Of a DNA stretch of 64,000 nucleotides, positions 9,574-18,054 are shown in pieces; the stretch's first letter is position 1, and each line of letters opens with the position of its first letter. The notes beneath the pieces are model-generated. The model worked only from the letters and a program-made list of their open reading frames with translations, had not been told where the DNA came from and did no database searches. The translations under genes and the position numbers were made by a program. Location of the stretch: contig CAWGTU010000003.1 in assembly GCA_963825635.1 (NCBI GenBank), positions 459,812 through 523,811 on the forward strand, given 5' to 3'. This DNA is from an uncultured Actinomycetes bacterium (GTDB taxonomy: Bacteria > Actinomycetota > UBA4738 > HRBIN12).

Positions 9574-11192
9574 GGCGTCTGCACCCTCTCTCGATCCTCC
9601 GGCTCTCGATCTTCCGGCTCTCGATCCCCCCGCCCCGGCACCGAGGCGCCGCCGGCCGCCGAGGAGAGGGCGTCGACCAGGCGGGCGAACTCCTCCTCGA
9701 ACTGCGGCTTGCGCTGCAGCGCGAACCCGCCGACGCGCATCGTCGACCCGTCGCCGTCGGGATCGGCGCGCACCCAGACCTTGCGTCGGGAGCCGTACAA
9801 CGCGGGCAGCAGTCCCACGAGGATGAGGATAGCGGCGGCCAGCACCAGGGGCACCCCTGGGTCGCGCGCCACCTGGAACACCGAGTACTGCCGGAGCTCG
9901 GGGAACGAGATCGTGGAGCCCGACCCTTCCTCGCCGACGGCCAGGGCCGCGCCGTCGGCGAGGTCGGCGGTGCGCTCGGCGCCGACGATGCCCGACGAGA
10001 CCTCGTCGAGCACCGTCGAGTCGAGGCGGTTCGTCGCGAGGTCACCGATCACGCCCTCCCAGACCGTGAAGCGGATGATCGGGTCGAACTCCACCAGCAT
10101 CGCCTGCGGCACCGCTCCGGGCTCGAGCAGCGCCGCGAACGCCCGGCTGTCGGGCCACAGCTCGAGCTCGATCGCGCGGTCGAGGCCGCCGGCGCCCGCG
10201 CCGGGGAGCTTGACCACGCCGCGCCACGGCATCGCGAACTCGACGACGCCCTCGGGCGCAGGGTCGCGATCCATCACCACGGGGCCCGACGAGACGACCT
10301 CGCCGTCGACCGTGACCTGCACCACGGGCGCCCACCCGAAGCTCGACTGGTAGATCCAGAGCCCCTCGACCTTGGCCGGGTGGTTCACCCTGATCGACTC
10401 CTCGCGCAGCAGCGAGCCGTCGGGCTCGAGCACGTCGACCTCGGAGACGAAGTCCATCGGCTGGCCCGTGTTCGCGAAGTCGCTCCGGAAGTCCTTCAAG
10501 TGCAGACCGATGCCCGTGAAGTCGTCGAAGAAGCGCCCGGCACGGATCGTGCCGTCGTAGTTCGCCTCGGCGTCGACCCACGTCTGCCCCTCGACCACCG
10601 CGATCAGCCCGCTGAATCCGGTGCCCTTGCCGTAGATCACGCCGGCCAGCAGCAGGATGAACGCCCAGTGGAACGCGAGGCTCCCGACCTCCCGGGCGAG
10701 CCCCTTCTCCGCCGCGAGCGCGGGCCGATCCGGGTCACGCGCGACGCGGAACCGGCGCCGGCGCAGCGTGCGGCGCGCCGCCTCGATCGCCGCGTCGGGA
10801 CCGGCGGCGACCGCCACCTCCGCGTACCGCGGGAACGCGTCGATCTCGCGGGCCTGCATCGGCGGCGTGCGCACGTTGCGCCAGAGCGCCCTGGTCCTCG
10901 GCACGAGACAGGCGACGAGCGAGACGAAGAGCAGGGTCACGAGCAGCACGAACCACCACGACCCGAAGACGTCGAACAGCCCCGCCCGGTCGAAGAACGT
11001 GCCCCAGAACGGGTGGTCGGCCCGGTACTGCAGCACCCGCTCGGGGGTGTTCGGCCACTGAGGTAGCAGCGACCCGGCGACCGAGGCCAGGCCGATCATC
11101 AGCAGCAGGATGAGCGCCGTGCGCATCGAGCGCAGGGTCCGCCAGACGATGGCGACGGACTGGCGGAGCGTCAGGGACTGGGAAGAGGACAT
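9570..11192 (-). CDS. resB: Cytochrome c biogenesis protein ResB/Ccs1
   Basis: ResB-family N-terminal TM helices followed by a large periplasmic domain; 4-bp overlap with ccsA. C-terminus ends in a low-complexity EDREP repeat. Confidence 0.8.
   Translation of the reverse strand: MSSSQSLTLRQSVAIVWRTLRSMRTALILLLMIGLASVAGSLLPQWPNTPERVLQYRADHPFWGTFFDRAGLFDVFGSWWFVLLVTLLFVSLVACLVPRTRALWRNVRTPPMQAREIDAFPRYAEVAVAAGPDAAIEAARRTLRRRRFRVARDPDRPALAAEKGLAREVGSLAFHWAFILLLAGVIYGKGTGFSGLIAVVEGQTWVDAEANYDGTIRAGRFFDDFTGIGLHLKDFRSDFANTGQPMDFVSEVDVLEPDGSLLREESIRVNHPAKVEGLWIYQSSFGWAPVVQVTVDGEVVSSGPVVMDRDPAPEGVVEFAMPWRGVVKLPGAGAGGLDRAIELELWPDSRAFAALLEPGAVPQAMLVEFDPIIRFTVWEGVIGDLATNRLDSTVLDEVSSGIVGAERTADLADGAALAVGEEGSGSTISFPELRQYSVFQVARDPGVPLVLAAAILILVGLLPALYGSRRKVWVRADPDGDGSTMRVGGFALQRKPQFEEEFARLVDALSSAAGGASVPGRGDREPEDREPEDRERVQTP
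9587..9632. repeat. Three tandem copies of a 15-bp unit (ctctcgatcNNccgg) encoding the EDREP-EDREP tail of ResB
   Basis: Direct reading of the sequence at 9586-9632. Confidence 0.7.
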
Positions 11193-11221
11193 GGGACCGG
11201 GGCCATCCTAGCCGCGCGCCC

Positions 11222-11962
11222 TCAGATGCCCAGGGTGAACCGCTCGGCGAGCGGGGCCACGATGCGCGTGAACTCTCCCGTGAACAGCAGCACACCCACG
11301 ACGATCATGAGGGAGCCCGAAACGATCGCGATCGCCGTGTAGCGGCGCTTGACCCAGTCGAAGGCTCCCATGAACCTCGTCACCCCGAGCCCCACGAGCA
11401 GGAACGGCACCCCGAGCCCCGCCGAGTAGCTGACGAGCAGCAGCACCGCCCTCGGCGTGCTGCCGCTCGCCGCGATCGCGAGGATCGACCCGAGCACGGG
11501 ACCGATGCAGGGGGTCCAGCCCGCAGCGAAGGCCATGCCGAGCGGCACCGCGCCGACGCTGCCCGGCCGCACGCGCGCGAGGAACGGCCGCCGCTCGGCG
11601 TAGAGCGCCATCGACCCCCGGCGCAGCGCGTACCCGATCATCAGGACCCCGAACGTGATCACGATCGCGCCGCCCACCCGCTGCCCGGTCGTGCCCTTGA
11701 ACACCTGCACGAACGTCGAGGCGAACGCCCCGAGCAGCACGAACACGATCGTGAAGCCGAGGATGAACAGCAGCATCGGCGCCAGCGGCCTGCGATCGAC
11801 GCCCGACTCCTCGCCCACGATCTGCTCGCCGGTGATGAACGACACGTAGCCGGGGAGCAGCGGCCACACGCAGGGGCTGAGGCAGGAGACGAGCCCCGCG
11901 GCGAACGCCAAGGCGGGCGCCCACCACGAGGAGAGGCCGGTCTGCACGATGTCGGCGATCAC
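11222..11962 (-). CDS. ccdA: Cytochrome c-type biogenesis thiol-disulfide transporter CcdA (DsbD-family)
   Basis: CLSPC and second Cys motifs with six TM helices. Confidence 0.85.
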   Translation of the reverse strand: MIADIVQTGLSSWWAPALAFAAGLVSCLSPCVWPLLPGYVSFITGEQIVGEESGVDRRPLAPMLLFILGFTIVFVLLGAFASTFVQVFKGTTGQRVGGAIVITFGVLMIGYALRRGSMALYAERRPFLARVRPGSVGAVPLGMAFAAGWTPCIGPVLGSILAIAASGSTPRAVLLLVSYSAGLGVPFLLVGLGVTRFMGAFDWVKRRYTAIAIVSGSLMIVVGVLLFTGEFTRIVAPLAERFTLGI

Positions 11963-12023
11963 GGTTCCTCCGGACGACTGTCTTGCGTGGACCGTGGACC
12001 TGCAGCGATAGTAGCCGGGGAGC

Positions 12024-12042
12024 TTGTGAAACGATTCACGAG
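12024..12042. promoter_or_regulatory. Rex operator (ROP)-like inverted repeat TTGTGAA-acga-TTCACGA, shared between divergent ccdA and the cytochrome b operon
   Basis: One mismatch to the TTGTGAAnnnnTTCACAA consensus. A rex gene lies in the window at 17002..17685. Confidence 0.65.
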
Positions 12043-12077
12043 TGTCGGACGGTCGTCGGGCGCACGCGACACATGTC

Positions 12078-12083
12078 TATAAT
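12078..12083 (+). promoter_or_regulatory. Perfect TATAAT -10-like hexamer ~50 bp upstream of the first gene of the cytochrome b operon
   Basis: AT-rich hexamer in a 70%-GC background. No clear -35, as is common in actinobacteria. Confidence 0.4.
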
Positions 12084-12135
12084 CGCCCCGCCTCAGGGAG
12101 ACTCGCCCACAGAGACGCTAGGGACCCAGGAGCGT

Positions 12136-12552
12136 ATGAGCCAGGTCGAGAGCACGACGCCCACCCAGACCCGGAAGGAACGCGTCGAGGCGTTCCTGAA
12201 GGAGTTCGAGTGGTCGTGGACCACCGCCGTCGTCTTCTCACTGGGACTGGTCTTCTTCCTGTTGATCTCGACGTCGGTGCTCCCGTCGTTCTGGCTCTAC
12301 TTCTCCGAGCAGACGCTCGGCTGGCAGGGTCCGACCGACATCGAGGCCGCCCTGCAGGAGGTCCCGACCTTGCTCCCCGGCGGCGACCCCGCGGAGTACC
12401 AGGAGTTGCTGCTGCAGGTGCGCGACGCGATCGCGATGGGCCTCTCGACGGTGCCGATCATCCTCGTGCTCGTCGTCGCGTCGATCATGCAGAACTGGCG
12501 GCGCAAGCTCCGCGGCGCGTCCGACAGCCGTCCGACCGGCGGGTACCGGTAG
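12136..12552 (+). CDS. Small integral membrane protein (2-3 TM), first gene of the Rieske/cytochrome b operon
   Basis: ATG with a GGAG RBS. Hydrophobic helices. Coordinates computed from ORF track residue M52. Confidence 0.55.
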   Translation: MSQVESTTPTQTRKERVEAFLKEFEWSWTTAVVFSLGLVFFLLISTSVLPSFWLYFSEQTLGWQGPTDIEAALQEVPTLLPGGDPAEYQELLLQVRDAIAMGLSTVPIILVLVVASIMQNWRRKLRGASDSRPTGGYR

Positions 12553-12564
12553 GAGCGGAGGCCG

Positions 12565-12963
12565 ATGCCCTACACCAAGACCGAGGTCGACATCCACGAG
12601 GACTACACCGTGGAAGCCGTCGACCCCGCGTGGCTCGCTCACGGGGTCAAGTCCCCCAAGCACCTGATGCTCGACCCCGACAACTGCATCCTCTGTCGCG
12701 CATGCGAGGACGTCTGCCCGTGGAACTGCATCTACATGATGTCGCCGGGCATCGTCTCGGGAGCCGCCGAGCACGTCGTCGGCGACGAGGTGGACAACGC
12801 GACGGCGGTCTTCGTGGTCGACGACAACGCCTGCACGCGCTGCTCCGTCTGCGTCGACCGCTGCCCCACCGACACCTTGTACTATGCGCGACTGCCCGAG
12901 GGCTCCAAGGGCGGGCAGCGCACGATGGCCGAGGTTCCCGCGTCGCAGGCCGAAGCCGTATGA
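12565..12963 (+). CDS. 2x[4Fe-4S] dicluster ferredoxin
   Basis: Two CxxCxxCxxxCP motifs (CILCRACEDVCP; CTRCSVCVDRCP). Confidence 0.85.
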   Translation: MPYTKTEVDIHEDYTVEAVDPAWLAHGVKSPKHLMLDPDNCILCRACEDVCPWNCIYMMSPGIVSGAAEHVVGDEVDNATAVFVVDDNACTRCSVCVDRCPTDTLYYARLPEGSKGGQRTMAEVPASQAEAV

Positions 12964-13012
12964 GAGCGCTCGCGCTCATGCAGCCGAAGGCGGTAGCGCG
13001 AAGGGAGAGACC

Positions 13013-13783
13013 GTGAAGCTGAAGCCGCCGTCACCCGGCGACCTGGGTGATCGGATCAGGGAGACCGAGGTCTGGAAGTCGATCTTCCGGCCCGGCTCGA
13101 TCTTCCGCAAGGGCTACAAGGACACGTCGCGCGATCGCGCGCTCGCGACGATGAACAACGTGCTCTACCACCTGCACCCGGTGAAGGTGAAACGGCACGG
13201 GCTGAAGCTGACGTACACGTTCTGTCTGGGCGGGCTGTCGTTCTTCCTGTTCATCCTGCTGACGATCACCGGCATCTTCCTGATGTTCTTCTACCGGCCG
13301 ACCGCCGACATCGGCGGCGCCCAGGCGTTCGCCGACATGCAGAACATCCGCACGTCGGTGTTCTTCGGCGACCTGGTGCGCAACCTGCATCGGTGGGGCG
13401 CCCACCTCATGGTCTTCAGCGTGACGCTGCACATGGCGCGCGTCTTCTACACCGGCGCGTACAAGCCGCCGCGCGAGTTCAACTGGGTCGTCGGCGTGAT
13501 CCTGCTCTTCCTCACGCTGGGACTGTCGTTCACGGGCTACCTGCTGCCGTGGGACCAGCTCGCGATCTGGGCGGTCACGGTGGGCACGTCGCTCGCGGGG
13601 TATTCGCCGTTCATCGCGAAGCAGGCGAACTTCCTGCTGCTCGGCGGCGTCGTGGTCGGCCCCGAGACGCTGCTCCGCTGGTACACGCTGCACGTGATCG
13701 GGCTGCCGTTCGTGTTGGTGATCTTCCTCGCGGTGCACTTCTGGCGCATCCGCAAGGACGGCGGCATCTCGGGACCGCTCTAG
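13013..13783 (+). CDS. Cytochrome b6-type (short, N-terminal half of cytochrome b) with four heme-ligating His residues
   Basis: GTG start with a GGGAGA RBS. His pairs in helices B and D (HRWGAH...TLHMAR; TLHVIG...AVHFWRIR). Confidence 0.85.
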   Translation: MKLKPPSPGDLGDRIRETEVWKSIFRPGSIFRKGYKDTSRDRALATMNNVLYHLHPVKVKRHGLKLTYTFCLGGLSFFLFILLTITGIFLMFFYRPTADIGGAQAFADMQNIRTSVFFGDLVRNLHRWGAHLMVFSVTLHMARVFYTGAYKPPREFNWVVGVILLFLTLGLSFTGYLLPWDQLAIWAVTVGTSLAGYSPFIAKQANFLLLGGVVVGPETLLRWYTLHVIGLPFVLVIFLAVHFWRIRKDGGISGPL

Positions 13784-13801
13784 AGGGATCCAGGGGAAGA
13801 C

Positions 13802-14239
13802 ATGGCCAAGGAAGACACCCCGCTCGACCAAGGAGTCTTCGACTCCACGCTCGAGGCGGAGCTCGCCAAGGGCACCGACCGGCGCGTCGCCGAAGGGCGA
13901 GCGCGCTCGGCGGCGGTGCGAGCCTTCCGCGCCGCCAACCCCGAGGAGGCCGCGAAGCACGAGGCCGCAGGCGCGAAGCCGGCCGCTGCTGCAGGAGCTG
14001 GAGCCGGGGCCGCAGCGGCAGCCCCTGCCGCTGCTTCCGCCGCGAGCGCTGGCGCGGCGGCCGGCGCCGCCCCGTCGCCGTCGCGGCCGCCTCGGTCACC
14101 ACACCGGTTCGCGAGGCGCCGCTGCCCACCGGCAACGTGCCGACGCCGAAGAAGGGCGCGGAGGACAAGCACCGATTGCTCGCGCTCGTGCCCCCCGAGG
14201 GCATCCAGCGCGTGGAACGCGAACAGGGCGACCGCGTGA
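13802..14239 (+). CDS. Ala-rich ORF, either a separate small protein or an N-terminal extension of subunit IV that is out of frame
   Basis: ATG 19 bp after the cyt b6 stop with an RBS-like GGGGAAG. The first ~60 aa look protein-like, then an Ala/Gly-rich linker, then Arg-rich junk. The subunit IV reading frame continues in frame 0. Confidence 0.3.
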   Translation: MAKEDTPLDQGVFDSTLEAELAKGTDRRVAEGRARSAAVRAFRAANPEEAAKHEAAGAKPAAAAGAGAGAAAAAPAAASAASAGAAAGAAPSPSRPPRSPHRFARRRCPPATCRRRRRARRTSTDCSRSCPPRASSAWNANRATA

Positions 14240-14655
14240 ACGTCTGGCCCCACCTGCTGATCGAAGAGTTCGTCGCGATGTTCATCCTGCTCGCGGGCAT
14301 GACGCTCTTCTCCACGTTCATCAACGCGCCGCTGCGCGAGCTCGCGAACCCGAACCTCACGCCGAACCCGTCGAAGGCACCCTGGTACTTCCTGGGTCTG
14401 CAGGAGCTGCTGCGCTACTTCCACCCGATGGTCGCGGGCATCACGATCCCGACGTTCATCCTGGTCGGGCTCGCCGCGGTCCCCTACGTCGACCGCAACC
14501 CGAGCAACAAGCCGGGCGACCGCAAGATCGCGATCACGCTGATGACGATCCTCTTCATGTTCGGCGGGGTGCTCACGATCATCGGCTCGTTCTTCCGCGG
14601 GCCCGGGTACAACTGGGTGTGGCCGTGGGCGCAGGGGGTGTTCTTCGAACTGTGA
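14137..14655 (+). CDS. Cytochrome b6-f subunit IV-like (C-terminal half of cytochrome b, PEWY-like APWYF motif)
   Basis: NPSKAPWYFLGLQELLRYF motif plus three TM helices. A GTG start at 14137 is the minimal model; the true start may lie upstream via the 13802 ORF. Confidence 0.7.
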   Translation: MPTPKKGAEDKHRLLALVPPEGIQRVEREQGDRVNVWPHLLIEEFVAMFILLAGMTLFSTFINAPLRELANPNLTPNPSKAPWYFLGLQELLRYFHPMVAGITIPTFILVGLAAVPYVDRNPSNKPGDRKIAITLMTILFMFGGVLTIIGSFFRGPGYNWVWPWAQGVFFEL

Positions 14656-15392
14656 GCACGCTGCTCTCCGGTTCCTCGGCCAGTCTCTTGGGCATCTCCA
14701 CGCCGCTCGTCGCCGCGATCCTGGCCTTCGTGGTGCTCGACATCTTCGCGATCGTCTTCGGCCTCTCGTTCGTGCGCGCGAACCGCGCCGCCCGCGAGAC
14801 CGCCGACGGCCAGATCGAGGTGGCCGGCAAGCCGGTCAAGTCGCTCTCTCGTCGCGACTTCTTCCGCCGCTCGCTGCTGACCTCGCTGATCGTCTTCGGC
14901 GCGCAGTTCGGCGGCGCGACGATCGCCTTCCTCTGGCCGAACCTGAAGGGCGGGTTCGGGTCGTTGGTCGCGGCGGGCAACATCGACGACATCAAGGCCG
15001 AGATCGACGACGCCGGCGTGGCCTACAACGGAACCGGCCGGTTCTACGTGGTCGAGTACAGCGGCTCACCGAGCGGTGACGTCGACTACGCGACCCAAGG
15101 CGTCACCGCCGAGGGCATCATGCCCCTGTACCAGCGGTGCGTGCACCTGGGGTGCCGCGTGCCCTACTGCGGCTCCTCACAGTGGTTCGAGTGCCCCTGC
15201 CACGGCTCGAAGTACAACGGCGCCGGCGAGTACAAGCTCGGGCCCGCGCCCCGAGGCATGGACCGGTTCCAGCTCGAGATCATCGACGGCAGCGTGGTGG
15301 TCGACACGAGCGAGGTGATCCTCGGACCGCCGCGCGGCACCGACACCGTCGACCAGCCACCGCAGGGTCCGTTCTGCGTGGCGACCGGATAG
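14652..15392 (+). CDS. Rieske [2Fe-2S] protein with a twin-arginine signal and N-terminal TM helices
   Basis: CVHLGC and CPCHGS Rieske boxes; SRRDFFRRS Tat motif; GTGA overlap with the subunit IV stop. Confidence 0.9.
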   Translation: MSTLLSGSSASLLGISTPLVAAILAFVVLDIFAIVFGLSFVRANRAARETADGQIEVAGKPVKSLSRRDFFRRSLLTSLIVFGAQFGGATIAFLWPNLKGGFGSLVAAGNIDDIKAEIDDAGVAYNGTGRFYVVEYSGSPSGDVDYATQGVTAEGIMPLYQRCVHLGCRVPYCGSSQWFECPCHGSKYNGAGEYKLGPAPRGMDRFQLEIIDGSVVVDTSEVILGPPRGTDTVDQPPQGPFCVATG

Positions 15393-15411
15393 GAGAGGAA
15401 CGGCCACGACC

Positions 15412-16119
15412 ATGCTCGCAGCCACGAACACCGCAGGCATCGTCCTGCTCGTGCTCGGCGCGATCTTCGTGCTCGCGGCGGGAGCCGCGCTCTACTTCCG
15501 CAGCCGCCAGAAGGAGCAGCCGCTCGACATCCCGCGGGGGATGCGCCCCGGCCCGAGCGACGCCGCCCTCGAGACCCCGCTCCTGCAGAAGCTGCAGGGC
15601 TGGGGGGTCGTGCTCGTCGCGTTCTTCGTGGTCTTCATCCCCTACAACTGGCTGCGTGAACCGAGCGAGAACCTGCGCCAAGAGGAGGAGTTGCTGACGC
15701 TCGCGTTCGACCGCGGCGAGCTCGCCGTGCAGAACTTCAGCGAGGAGAACCAGCTCGGCGTGGGCTGCGTGCGCTGTCACGGCCCCGAGCTGCGCGGCGG
15801 CGTGATCCAGTCGGGTGACACGCTCGCCTATCCGCCGAACCTCACGAACATCTGCGCGGGGCCCTTCGGCGATCCGCCGCACAACACGATCTTCTCCCAG
15901 GAGGACATCTACCAGGTGCTCGAGGAGGGCCGCAACGCGATGCCCTCGTGGAGCATCCGCTACCAGGGCGCCCTGAACGACCAGCAGATCAACGACCTGG
16001 TCGTGTACCTGGTCGAGATGAGCTCGGAGAACGTGCCGTTCGAGGACAACGTCTGCCTGAACCCCGAGGCGTCCGATCGCGCGCTCGCCGAGACCGACCT
16101 GAACCCGAGGGACCCGTAG
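15412..16119 (+). CDS. Membrane-anchored monoheme cytochrome c
   Basis: N-terminal TM helix and a CVRCH heme-binding motif; GGAGAGGAA RBS. Confidence 0.85.
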   Translation: MLAATNTAGIVLLVLGAIFVLAAGAALYFRSRQKEQPLDIPRGMRPGPSDAALETPLLQKLQGWGVVLVAFFVVFIPYNWLREPSENLRQEEELLTLAFDRGELAVQNFSEENQLGVGCVRCHGPELRGGVIQSGDTLAYPPNLTNICAGPFGDPPHNTIFSQEDIYQVLEEGRNAMPSWSIRYQGALNDQQINDLVVYLVEMSSENVPFEDNVCLNPEASDRALAETDLNPRDP

Positions 16120-16863
16120 ATGGAGCACAGCTGCCTGGGATTCGCGGTCGAGTGCGACACCCTGTGGAAGGGCGCCGGCGTCACGATCATGGGCTTCACG
16201 CTGTTCATCTTCAGCGTCTACCTGCTGCTCACGGCGATCTTCGGGCGGTGGCTCGGGTTCCTCGTCCTGATGGTGTCGTTCTCCGGATGGATGATCCTGC
16301 AGTCTGCGCTCTGGCTCTTCGGCTTCTGGTCCCAGGGATTCGAGACGCCCACGAACCTCGGCCCCCGCGGGGCCGAGCCGGCGTGGGTCGCGCTCGAGGC
16401 GGCAGTCGACGAGACCTCCACCGAGTACGCGACCTACGAGACGTGGCCCGGCGATCCGTGGGCGATCCCGGACGAGACCGATCCTGCCCAATCGGCCGAC
16501 GTGCAGAGCGCGAGCGGCGCGGTGACGGCGTTCCTGGCCGAACAGACGAACGAGGAGCTCGGCCTGGAAGAGACCGATCCGACCGCGATCCAGGGCAGCC
16601 AGTTCTCGATCGACTCGATCCAGTTCGCCTCGGACGAGGGGACCAAGCTCGCGGTCGTGCAGTCCCACTACACCGGCGGCGGTCCGCTGTGGACCGTATC
16701 GCTGTATTACGACTCGGGCAGCGTGCCCCGCTACTCGTACATGTTCCTGGCAGGCTCGATCGTGGCGTTCGCGGCGTTCCTGCCGCTGCTGGATCGGGCC
16801 GAGAAGAAGCGCAAGGAGTTCCTGACCGGGGGCGGCGCGCCCGCCTGGTACGGCCCCGCCTAG
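16120..16863 (+). CDS. Integral membrane protein of unknown function (3 N-terminal TM helices, a ~150-aa soluble domain, then a C-terminal TM), translationally coupled to the cytochrome c gene
   Basis: Start ATG immediately after the cytochrome c TAG; hydrophobicity pattern. Confidence 0.5.
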   Translation: MEHSCLGFAVECDTLWKGAGVTIMGFTLFIFSVYLLLTAIFGRWLGFLVLMVSFSGWMILQSALWLFGFWSQGFETPTNLGPRGAEPAWVALEAAVDETSTEYATYETWPGDPWAIPDETDPAQSADVQSASGAVTAFLAEQTNEELGLEETDPTAIQGSQFSIDSIQFASDEGTKLAVVQSHYTGGGPLWTVSLYYDSGSVPRYSYMFLAGSIVAFAAFLPLLDRAEKKRKEFLTGGGAPAWYGPA

Positions 16864-16881
16864 GCACGAGAGAGGAACACG

Positions 16882-16995
16882 ATGATCGCCACCCTGGAGC
16901 TTCCCTTCCTCGAACAGGGAAGCGTGCAGTTCATCCTGATGGGCGTCATGATCCTCGCGGTCTTCGCCGCGCTCTGGGTCACGATCTCGAAGTAG
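16882..16995 (+). CDS. Unannotated 37-aa single-TM peptide (MIATLELPFLEQGSVQFILMGVMILAVFAALWVTISK) ending the cytochrome b operon
   Basis: ATG preceded by a GAGAGGAA RBS at -8. Hydrophobic core. Below the ORF-track length cutoff. Confidence 0.5.
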   Translation: MIATLELPFLEQGSVQFILMGVMILAVFAALWVTISK

Positions 16996-17001
16996 CGGCC
17001 C

Positions 17002-17685
17002 TCATCTCCCGGCGACGTCGGCCACCGCCCGGCCCCGTCGCTTCACCTCCGCGAGCGTCGCCTTCCGCTGCTCATAGAAGGCGAGGATCTGCAGCTCCAC
17101 CGCCAGGTCCACCTTGCGCACGGAGACCCCTGGCGGCACCGTGATCATCGCCGGCGCGAAGTTCAGCACCGACCGCACCCCCGCATCGACAAGTCGGTCG
17201 GCGACCTCCTGGGCGGCCGTGGCCGGCGTGGCGATCACCCCGATCGCCACGTCGAGCTCCTCGACGATGCGCGGCAGGTCGTCGACGGGCCGCACGCCGA
17301 GCTCGCCGATGCGCTCCCCCACCCTGGCCGGGTCGGCGTCGACGAGCGCCGCCACACGGAAGCCTCGCTCCGCGAACCCGCCGTAGTTCGCGAGCGCCTG
17401 GCCGAGGTTGCCGATGCCGACGATCACGATCGCCCAGTCCTGCGTGAGACCCAGCTCCCGCCTGATCTGGTGGATCAGGTAGGCGACGTCGTAGCCGACG
17501 CCCCGCGTGCCGTAGGAGCCGAGGTGCGACAGGTCCTTGCGGACCTTCGCGGAGTTCACCCCCGCGGCCCCGGCGAGCTCGTCGCTCGAGACCGTGGCCG
17601 CACCGGCTTCCGCGAGGTCGACGAGCGCGCGCAGATATACCGGGAGCCGACCGACCGTCGCCTCGGGGATCGATCGTTCCCTCAC
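17002..17685 (-). CDS. rex: Redox-sensing transcriptional repressor Rex
   Basis: N-terminal winged helix (RLPVYLR), Rossmann NADH-binding domain (VGIGNLGQAL), CoA-binding-like fold. Confidence 0.9.
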   Translation of the reverse strand: MRERSIPEATVGRLPVYLRALVDLAEAGAATVSSDELAGAAGVNSAKVRKDLSHLGSYGTRGVGYDVAYLIHQIRRELGLTQDWAIVIVGIGNLGQALANYGGFAERGFRVAALVDADPARVGERIGELGVRPVDDLPRIVEELDVAIGVIATPATAAQEVADRLVDAGVRSVLNFAPAMITVPPGVSVRKVDLAVELQILAFYEQRKATLAEVKRRGRAVADVAGR

Positions 17686-17763
17686 CAGGGGGACACGCTC
17701 CGCTGCATGGGTTCAGCCTAGCCCGGGGTCCGGTCCGTTCACAAACTCACAAGCCTGACCGAT

Positions 17764-17997
17764 TCAGTGTCGCAGGAGGGAGGCGAGCTCGCCCGCATCG
17801 ACCGTGTACTCGAAGACCTCCACCCCGTCGAGGGCGACCACCGGGATGCGAACGCCGTACTCGGCGACCAGCGAGTCGGACGTCTCGATGTCGACCTCCA
17901 CGAGCTCGAACGGCGTGCGGTCGCGCTCGGCCTGCAACACGGCTCTCGCCTCGTCGCAGAGGTGACACCCGGCGCGGGAGTAGAGCGTGACCTGCAT
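17764..17997 (-). CDS. Glutaredoxin-like small thioredoxin-fold protein (CxxC)
   Basis: 77 aa with CHLC near the N-terminus; upstream of rex. Confidence 0.6.
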   Translation of the reverse strand: MQVTLYSRAGCHLCDEARAVLQAERDRTPFELVEVDIETSDSLVAEYGVRIPVVALDGVEVFEYTVDAGELASLLRH

Positions 17998-18054
17998 CGA
18001 CGCAGCCTATCCGGCGTCACCGGCGGCCACCGGGTGTCTGGGAGGATACGGCGC

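Noticed and set aside
12-11066. Very long Arg/Ala/Gly-rich ORFs in alternative frames and on the opposite strand of real genes (e.g. 12..1466, 1463..4342, 4617..6986, 7471..10353, 8588..10045, 9552..11066)
   Set aside because: These are typical high-GC artefacts: Arg/Pro/Gly-dominated, with no motifs. They overlap well-supported respiratory genes whose motifs are unambiguous.
17720-17750. TTCACAAACTCACAAG upstream of rex as a second Rex operator
   Set aside because: It has two direct TGTGA-type half-sites rather than the inverted TTGTGAA-n4-TTCACAA repeat. At best it is a weak half-site, so it is not called.
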